DNA of 64,000 bases, from contig JBFMHQ010000004.1 in NCBI GenBank assembly GCA_040751815.1, positions 12,756-76,755 of the forward strand, in the 5' to 3' direction. The stretch is from Bacillota bacterium. Lineage in GTDB: Bacteria; Bacillota; Desulfotomaculia; Desulfotomaculales; UBA12532. A program made the translations under genes and the position numbers. This document shows, one piece after another, positions 59,001-64,000 of this stretch. The notes below the pieces were generated by a model. The model was not told where the DNA came from, ran no database searches, and saw only the letters and a program-made list of their open reading frames with translations. Positions within the stretch are counted from its first letter, which is position 1. Every line of letters starts with the position of its first letter.

Positions 59001-60493
59001 GTCTTTGCCGCCCACGTAAGCACGGCCAGAGTAAGCACCCCGGGATGGGTGCTGGTGGGGCGCGGGGGGGCAATGCCGGCATCAGGGGTGGCGGTGGCAG
59101 CGGTAGGTCCGAAGCGCGTAAAGTCAAGCTCCGCCACGGCGAACCTTTCCAGTTCGAAAACCTCGTTCAGTGAGTACCAGCCCTCCGCGTCGGTTACGGT
59201 GCTGTATTGGACGCTGCCGTCCTTGAAGCGCGTGCCCACCGCGACGTTTGGGATGCCTTCTTCGACGTAATTTCCGTCGGCGTCTTTATCGCGTATGCCG
59301 TTGCCGTTCTCGTCGCGGAAGACCGTCCCGCTTATCCAGCCGAACCATCGCGGTATGCCGATATCGCCCATATCGACCGTTTCGCCTTCGCCGACCTGGA
59401 CCGTGCGGAAAGAAATGATGTGGTCGAGGGGCTCATCCCAAATAGCCATCTGGTACAGCCCCGCCGGCACGTGTTCTATTGTGAACGTGCCGTCCGGGTT
59501 GCCCCGGCCGGTGTAAACCTGCTCGTCGTTGCCGCCGATATCGGTCAGGGCAATCCAGGGGCGGTCGACCGGCCCACCGAGGATGAGGGGCCTGACCGGG
59601 GGTGTAAACTCGATGATGGTACGCACGCGGCCGATAATTGTGCCCGTCCCCGCTCCGGGAGCGAAGGCCATCGGCCTTACGAAGCCGATCCAGACGAGGG
59701 GCATCCGGAAACCTTCCCGTGGGCTGTATCCGTCGTTGCCCTCCTCCACCCAGGCATCGATCACGTGCGTGCCCTCAATGGTAGTCGTCTGGATCCAGTC
59801 CGTGCCGTCCGGGGGGATTGCCTGGACTTCGTATTTTCCCGGGGGAAGGTTTTCAATAACCGCGTCGCCGTTGGCGTCGGTCAGGATTACCCCGCCGGTA
59901 TTAGGAACGGGAATCGGCTTCCCTTCAGGGTCGAGGATAAGGTTTCCGCCGTCATCGCGTTGGTAAACGGTGCCGAGGGGATTGCCGAAATAGTCCACCG
60001 TTACCTCGCCTACCACGTCGCCGATGACGATCCGAAAGCCCGGGAGGCCGTGTTCCAGGGGCACGTCGTCTTCGCCGTTTACCGGGTGGTTATCCTCGAA
60101 AACGTGAACGCGAATCCTGGAAAGGGGCAGGGGATGGGGCTGCAGCTCAACCGTCACTGTACTGTCGCTATTCAGGTCGATCCAGTTGCCCCCCAGTTTA
60201 TGTCCGGGCGCTCTCACGGTGACAAGATATTTGCCGGCGGGCAGTAGGACTGCGGGCCGCACGGAATCCCCCGTGGCTACGACCGGACTGTGGCTCGCTC
60301 CCGGTTTCAGGGACGGCCAGTTCTCACGGTTTGGAGCGAATGGATCTCCTACATTGTCCTCGTTGACAATGAATTTGAAATCGGTGATAGGCGTGCCTGT
60401 TCCTGCCTGCAATACCCTTACGACAAGCCGAAACAGGCGAGCCTGTAACTTGCCCGGCACGGCCGGTTTCCTGCCATTGTCCGCGTCCTTCAT
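56048..60493 (-). CDS. 1481-aa multidomain protein: SdrD-B/Cna-B-like beta-sandwich repeats, IPT/TIG domain, right-handed beta-helix (PbH1 repeats, choice-of-anchor-Q-like end)
   Basis: ISGTVFRDENGNGIRDKDADGNYVEEGIPNVAVGT...TDAEGWYSL (SdrD-B-like). VNRVYVTPTGNRRINIRGRNFG...LVVTTAAGIS (IPT). Repeated ..NN.I..N blocks (ISNNTIQSN, HHNRILNN, IYNNLIQGN, IYNNIITNN, IYNNTIAKN). C-terminus DTDHDGKPRPQGPTVDIGACEAR. ATG follows GGAGG. Confidence 0.85.
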   Translation of the reverse strand: MKDADNGRKPAVPGKLQARLFRLVVRVLQAGTGTPITDFKFIVNEDNVGDPFAPNRENWPSLKPGASHSPVVATGDSVRPAVLLPAGKYLVTVRAPGHKLGGNWIDLNSDSTVTVELQPHPLPLSRIRVHVFEDNHPVNGEDDVPLEHGLPGFRIVIGDVVGEVTVDYFGNPLGTVYQRDDGGNLILDPEGKPIPVPNTGGVILTDANGDAVIENLPPGKYEVQAIPPDGTDWIQTTTIEGTHVIDAWVEEGNDGYSPREGFRMPLVWIGFVRPMAFAPGAGTGTIIGRVRTIIEFTPPVRPLILGGPVDRPWIALTDIGGNDEQVYTGRGNPDGTFTIEHVPAGLYQMAIWDEPLDHIISFRTVQVGEGETVDMGDIGIPRWFGWISGTVFRDENGNGIRDKDADGNYVEEGIPNVAVGTRFKDGSVQYSTVTDAEGWYSLNEVFELERFAVAELDFTRFGPTAATATPDAGIAPPRPTSTHPGVLTLAVLTWAAKTNRIDWGMWEYPLPGPDGTVGTADDVIHGGISGVVYYATMRNELDPRYAVAEEYEPGIPNVTVNLYRLNEDGTKTLINSVQTDAWQHPAGCVRPDGTPDPNCLEVPHSSNQIKEGAFDGGYAFNTWFDPYYGAPGAVEKPLLPGTYLVQVVPPADPYNPVEGRPRPLYKVLSATSVNTDEGDEFVAQTAPPPYYGDTRDTKIVTVKYGQNAVADFFLYTDVPVPGRIVGFLLDDVNLETDPAFIYYGEKRGIPHTPVGIRDYTGKLIKTVHSDANGVFEVLLPSTYTANVPTPSGVAPGMYQIVGNDPGDPDRPNANYNPNYQTLKMVFDVWPGKTTYADVALFPITAFVGIPGAQFSRPPVCQTTAIPQVGSVNRVYVTPTGNRRINIRGRNFGRTRGTVFLNNVPIPVLYWSDTLIAVRIPRNFPAGPAQLVVTTAAGISGTQGITIHVLGGGYSPPIYDATPATTIQAAIDAAPPGALVVVYPGVYYESPIVYKNIKLQGMGPEATKLDGRFFASYQRSWETKLASLTFDGSQEIPRGQVITVVARDGDFGAAFRTQIDGFTITGARGEEGGGIFVNAYCRYLEISNNTIQSNGGGFGGAITIGRPYAGDNANDGVRIHHNRILNNGGISLAGGVGIFSGAHGYEFDHNEVCGNYSAEYGGGLSHYGLSHGGRIYHNRFLFNASFDEGGGIFVGGEQPAAPDAFTPGSGAVDIYNNLIQGNLANDDGGGIRLLQPGTFRINIYNNIITNNVSTDLGGGIALDDASNVVIYNNTIAKNITTATAEDSDGRPHGAGLVSEAHSAAFRTILPPGSPPFSNPVLFNNIFWDNRAGWYDQTANEGRGGIVGIGATGDATPINVVDLEVFGTPTPEVFSPVYCSLSKPYGAPDPTNVIGDPSFVAAYDTAVTAVAFNMEPDFKTVKIVTAVPEVQGDYHLNPDSPVIDRGASTLTVGSETFNAPDTDHDGKPRPQGPTVDIGACEAR

Positions 60494-60525
60494 TTTGTGC
60501 GACCTCCAGTGAGTTCTGTAATATA

Positions 60526-60552
60526 TAAGTTATGCATCTTGGCATATTTTGT
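60526..60552 (-). promoter_or_regulatory. candidate sigmaK-type (mother-cell) promoter upstream of the four-gene operon
   Basis: Minus strand reads AC-N16-CATAACTTA (AC at 60551-60552, CATAnnnTA at 60526-60534), about 32 nt upstream of the ATG. The motif is short, so this is tentative. Confidence 0.3.
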
Positions 60553-60993
60553 CACAAATGGGAGACTACGCTAAACGCTGGGGGTGTCATGTTTACGGCA
60601 GGAAGGAATAGAACTCTGGATTATATAAGGGTAAGTGCCGCAAGGATAGAATACCCCGAAGGAAATAGAGATTGTAGAAATTGGTGCCGCGATTGGCTTC
60701 CTGAAATGGAGTGTCTCTAAGAGAGAATTGAGAGCGACATATGGTTTATTCTGGGGCACGCGAAAGGATTTTTGGAATCGACTCAGCGATAGCCTTTATG
60801 TAACTGAACAGGCCCCGGGGGTTTACGGCTTCGACAGGGTCGCAAAGTTACCCTGTAGCTTCGTCTGGTGATGCAGGGGGGATCTTCAGGAATTGCCACT
60901 TTCGGGGATGGAGACATGCTGCTTGGGGGAGAAGTATTCCGTCTGATGCCGATTGGGTTTAGAACCCGGAGCAGGTATCTATCTCTTCCCGCT

Positions 60994-61356
60994 CTAATAC
61001 AGCACGTCGAACGCGACCAAGGTGGCGGGCGCCTCGCAGGCCAGTTTCTTCGGTTTCTCGGCTGCGCAGGCGAAGCGGCGCATCACCCTGGCGAAGTCGG
61101 GCTGGTCGCCGGTGAACACGGTCAACTCGCCGTCGATGATCACGTCCCGCGCGGGCAGGGTCAGGCCCTGGAACTCGGGGAACTGCCCGGTGCAGCGCGT
61201 GCCGTGCCTGGTGTAGATTTCGATTTTCCCCGACGCGAAATCGGCGTGCAGGAGCGCCCGTATCCCGTCAATTTTGGGTTCGAATAGGTGCTCCTCACTA
61301 TCGAAAGGTACCTTACACTGTACCGGGAGCATCGGCTTGATCGCGGTAAAGAGCAT
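60994..61356 (-). pseudogene. ATP-dependent DNA ligase (LigD-type) N-terminal fragment
   Basis: Motif I EPKIDGIRAL, motif III VIIDGELTVF, motif IIIa LVAFDVLY, then a stop. Motifs IV-VI are absent. Confidence 0.6.
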
Positions 61357-61539
61357 TGCAGCAACCTCCAATACAAAATCGTGGCGCGGGTTGTCCCGTC
61401 ATTGCAACGGCTTTTTGCTGGTGAGGGAACCACACTTTACCTGATAAATAGACTCCTTTAACTATTTCCCATCGGTTATGCGTGTTAATGCTCACATTAT
61501 CTGACCGGTATTTGCTCTAATTGGCTGGCCGAGAAAGAG

Positions 61540-61560
61540 AACCGGCCGCGTGGGCCGGTT
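61540..61560 (-). terminator. hairpin terminator after the transposition ATPase
   Basis: AACCGGCC-gcgtg-GGCCGGTT overlaps the stop codon. T-rich tract follows on the minus strand (TCTCTTTCTC). Confidence 0.5.
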
Positions 61561-62366
61561 CACGACTCGTCTTCGAACTCCCCGAGGGCGCGCCTGGCCG
61601 TGGCCTCGTCGATGATGGATTTTTCCTGCAGGAACCCGTCCAGCAGGCAGGCGGTGCAGATGTTGTTGATCTTGCGGGGTATGCCCTTCGAGAAGTGGTA
61701 GATCACAGCCACGGCCTCGTCGGAGAACAGCGCGTGCTTGGCACCCGCCACCCGGAGGTGATGCTCGATATAGGCTTTCGTCTCCTGGGCCGAGAGCCCG
61801 CTCAAGTGAAACCGTAGATTCACCCGCTGGGCGATGGCCTCGAAGGTCTGCAGCCGCAGCCGGTGCCGCAGCTCGGTCTGGCCCACCAGGATCAGGGCCA
61901 TGGGCGAGGCGGCGTCCATTTGAAAATTGGTCAAGAACCGGATTTCCTCCAGCATGGCAGGACTGAGCAGGTGCCCCTCGTCGATGATGATTACCGGCTG
62001 CTTGTCGTGGTTCTTGTAGGCGTCCCAGAGAGCCTCGACGAGCTGCCGCCGGGCGTCGGCCGCGTGAAAGGCGGGCTTGAGCCCCATCTGGATGCAGAGT
62101 TCCCGGTAGAGATGCCGGGGTGTGAGGCCCGAGTGCGAGACGTACAGCACCCGGTAGTGCGCCGGGTCCAGCTGATGGGAGAGCGCCCGCACCGCGGTGG
62201 ACTTTCCGGCTCCCACCTCGCCGGTCAGAAGCCCGAAACCGCGCGTGCGCACCAGGTAGTTTAACCGCGCCAGGGTCTCCTTGACCTGCGCCGAAGGAAA
62301 CAGGTTCTCCGGCGCGATCTGGCGGCTGAAGGGCGTGGTGGTGAACCCGTAAAAGGCTTCAAACAC
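61560..62366 (-). CDS. AAA+ ATPase, ExeA/TniB-like transposition helper
   Basis: Walker A GEVGAGKST, Walker B VIIIDEGHLL. Typical partner of Mu/Tn552-type DDE transposases. Confidence 0.8.
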   Translation of the reverse strand: MFEAFYGFTTTPFSRQIAPENLFPSAQVKETLARLNYLVRTRGFGLLTGEVGAGKSTAVRALSHQLDPAHYRVLYVSHSGLTPRHLYRELCIQMGLKPAFHAADARRQLVEALWDAYKNHDKQPVIIIDEGHLLSPAMLEEIRFLTNFQMDAASPMALILVGQTELRHRLRLQTFEAIAQRVNLRFHLSGLSAQETKAYIEHHLRVAGAKHALFSDEAVAVIYHFSKGIPRKINNICTACLLDGFLQEKSIIDEATARRALGEFEDES

Positions 62367-63750
62367 TGGTTTCCTCCTCCCCTCCGGGCACGTGGAAGGT
62401 AATCCGCCCCAACTCCTCCTTCAGCGCGGCGGTATGTTTCTTGCGCAGCAGCTCCAGATAGCTCAGCCTGGGCAGCGGTTCGCTGGTGGCGTGATCTGGC
62501 GGCACCTCCACCCGCTCGTCGGTTTTGCGGCGCAGCTCCAGGGGCCGGGCCTCGCCCACGGCCTGCCCGTCGTAAAAGACCTGCAGGCGGCTTAAGTCAA
62601 AGGGGTCGTAGCGGATCTCGATGGTCACCCCGGCCAGGTGCGCCGGCGCCTCGTAGCGGTTGCCCTGGAAGCTAAAGCAGGCGGTCTTGTCCGTCTTGCG
62701 CTTTTCCCGCCACAGAAAGGCCGCGGTGAGGGCCAGGGGGTCGGCCAGACGGATCTCCCCGGGCCCCTTGGCGAAGCGTGCGGCCGGACATGAACCGGTC
62801 TCGGCGTGCACGTGGTGGTGGTAGAACTGCTCCAGCCAGGCCCAGAAGAACTCGTTGAGCTCTTCCAGGGTTTTAGGCTTCAGGCGCACCACCTCTGGGA
62901 TAAAGGACCGCTGCACCGTGCCGAAGAAGCGCTCCACCTTGCCCTTGCCCTCGGGCGCGTAGGGCCGAGCCGAAAGGTGTCTGATGCCCAAGTGGGCGCA
63001 CACCAGGGCGAACTGCCGGGACTGAAACACCGCGCCGTTGTCGCAGTAGACCCTGGCCGGGATCCCGCGCTTCAGGATGGCCTGCTTGAAGCAGTGCAAG
63101 AGACTCACCAGGTCCTCGGCAAAGTAGAACTGGGCGTGGCAGACCAGCCGCGAGTAGTCGTCCAGGAAGGCCACGAGATAGGTGCGGCGCTTCTTGTGGG
63201 GGTCCTGGGGATCAGGCAACCAGGGCCCGTAGCACACGTCGGCCTGCCACAGCTGGTTGGGTCCTTCCTGCTCGAAGCGGCGAAAAGTTTTGGCCGGCTG
63301 GGCGAGCAGCCGCCGGGTCTTGCCCAGGAGCCGCAAGTGCCGGGCCAGGGTGGAGACCTTCAACCCTCCGGGTTCCACGGGCGTTTCGGGGTCCATGACC
63401 AGTATGTCCACGATCTGCCGCACGCGGCGCTGGGGCAGCTCCTCCTTCAGGGCCACGGCCTTGGCCAGCACCTCCGGGCTTATGGCCCGGGGTCGGGAGC
63501 GGTCGCGGCGCGGCTTGGGCTTTAAGGCCTCGAAGCCTCCCTCCCGGTAGGCCTTCTGCCAGCGGCGCAAGGTCCGGGCCGAGACCTGCCGGTAACCGCC
63601 GCCGGGTAAAGCGTGCGGGCGGCTTAAGATTTCCCGGCGCCGGCGGCTCTTCTCGGCCCGGTCGAGGCCGGGCTCCAAAAGCGGGCTGATGATGCCGTAG
63701 CGAAACAGGGCCTCCTCGGTGGCGCGGTCTTCCGAGCGCATAACCCTCAC
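62359..63750 (-). CDS. DDE-type (rve) transposase with Mu-transposase-like C-terminal domain
   Basis: N-terminal HTH region. DDE candidates in WQADVCYG, VYCDNGAVF, PEGKGKVERFF. C-terminal ACFSFQGNRYEAP...IEIRYDPFDL is typical of the Mu transposase C-terminal domain. Confidence 0.85.
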   Translation of the reverse strand: MRVMRSEDRATEEALFRYGIISPLLEPGLDRAEKSRRRREILSRPHALPGGGYRQVSARTLRRWQKAYREGGFEALKPKPRRDRSRPRAISPEVLAKAVALKEELPQRRVRQIVDILVMDPETPVEPGGLKVSTLARHLRLLGKTRRLLAQPAKTFRRFEQEGPNQLWQADVCYGPWLPDPQDPHKKRRTYLVAFLDDYSRLVCHAQFYFAEDLVSLLHCFKQAILKRGIPARVYCDNGAVFQSRQFALVCAHLGIRHLSARPYAPEGKGKVERFFGTVQRSFIPEVVRLKPKTLEELNEFFWAWLEQFYHHHVHAETGSCPAARFAKGPGEIRLADPLALTAAFLWREKRKTDKTACFSFQGNRYEAPAHLAGVTIEIRYDPFDLSRLQVFYDGQAVGEARPLELRRKTDERVEVPPDHATSEPLPRLSYLELLRKKHTAALKEELGRITFHVPGGEEETSV

Positions 63751-64000
63751 CCCCGCCTACCAGCCTACCGCACCGGGCCGGGGCCGGGGAGACAGAATCT
63801 ATGTGGGACGGGATAGGGCGGCGACCGCCATCAAAAAGGCGAGGGCGTGCTGAGGGTCTGGCGCGCCCCAGGAAAGGCCCCGGAGGGTGCCGGCCTCCCA
63901 CAGCTCCAGGGCCGCGGCACAGGCCGGCGCCAGATAGCGCCGCAGCACCTCCCGGGTGGGGGCGCGGGCCCGGGGCACGTGGGACTCCTTACCACCTGGA

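Larger units (their letters stand above)
61500..63800 (-). mobile_element. two-gene transposable element (DDE/rve transposase plus AAA+ ExeA/TniB-like ATPase); ends not defined
   Basis: The two genes overlap by 8 nt and are followed by a terminator hairpin. I could not find inverted repeats by eye. Confidence 0.6.
49454..64000. mobile_element. genomic island inserted at the 3' end of ssrA (far boundary not in the window)
   Basis: Composition and gene content change abruptly right after the tmRNA CCA. Contains recombinase, ligase and response-regulator remnants, a transposable element and an accessory operon. All backbone synteny ends here. Confidence 0.6.

Noticed and set aside
56195-59173. 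992-aa + strand ORF inside the giant minus-strand gene (similar cases at 18077..20065 and 37081..39180)
   Set aside because: Antisense shadow of a gene with strong domain evidence on the other strand. The translation is Gly/Val/Arg-rich and featureless.
60532-60759. Two overlapping 62-aa ORFs in the 500-nt leader upstream of the giant gene
   Set aside because: Low-GC intergenic DNA with no SD and no motifs. More likely a regulatory or leader region, or decayed sequence.
63212-63901. 229-aa minus-strand ORF overlapping the transposase gene in another frame
   Set aside because: Pro/Arg/Gly-rich shadow frame of the well-supported transposase ORF.
63799-63978. 59-aa minus-strand ORF with an AAGGAG SD at the window edge
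   Set aside because: No recognisable motif. It cannot be decided whether it belongs to the transposable element or is the stump of a disrupted gene, and the context is cut by the window end.

Overview
64-kb window from a high-GC endospore-forming Firmicute (Clostridia-like; inferred from sigH, yacP, an L7Ae-like gene between rpoC and rpsL, and a KOW gene between map and infA). About 60% is the conserved translation and transcription backbone on the + strand: cysS-thyX-rlmB-yacP-sigH, then tuf-rpmG-secE-nusG-rplKAJL-rpoBC-ybxF-rpsLG-fusA-tuf, then the S10, spc and alpha operons (no adk) through rplQ-truA, then smpB-ssrA. Four accessory blocks interrupt it. (1) 4.0-9.6 kb: a GH18 wall or spore hydrolase, then a flavodiiron / CN-hydrolase / tandem HD-GYP / TIM-barrel operon. 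(2) 9.7-11.5 kb: tRNA-Thr(UGU) followed by a decayed low-GC islet (integrase C-terminal remnant, frameshifted B3/4-domain pseudogene, small DMT transporter), then a tRNA-fMet/Thr/Met cluster. (3) 43.9-48.4 kb, minus strand: an ECF sigma / anti-sigma / ABC transporter module plus a SIMPL protein. (4) 49.45 kb to the window end: a genomic island starting exactly at the 3' CCA of tmRNA. It carries a recombinase tail remnant, small low-GC ORFs, a REC-GGDEF remnant fused in frame to an orphan Flp-type pilin, a truncated ATP-dependent DNA ligase and a two-gene Mu/TniAB-like transposable element. Its main cargo, and the most interesting item in the window, is a tight four-gene minus-strand operon (60493->51913). 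This encodes a 1481-aa beta-sandwich/IPT/beta-helix protein and three paralogous two-domain multicopper-oxidase-like proteins. The copper ligands are retained in a complementary way: one keeps only the domain-1 ligands, one only the domain-2 ligands, and one none. None has a signal peptide, and a sigmaK-like promoter motif lies upstream. I propose a heteromeric, possibly spore-surface, multicopper oxidase complex. The two tuf copies differ at one base over 1203 bp by eye. All domain calls come from reading motifs in the translations; no searches were run.
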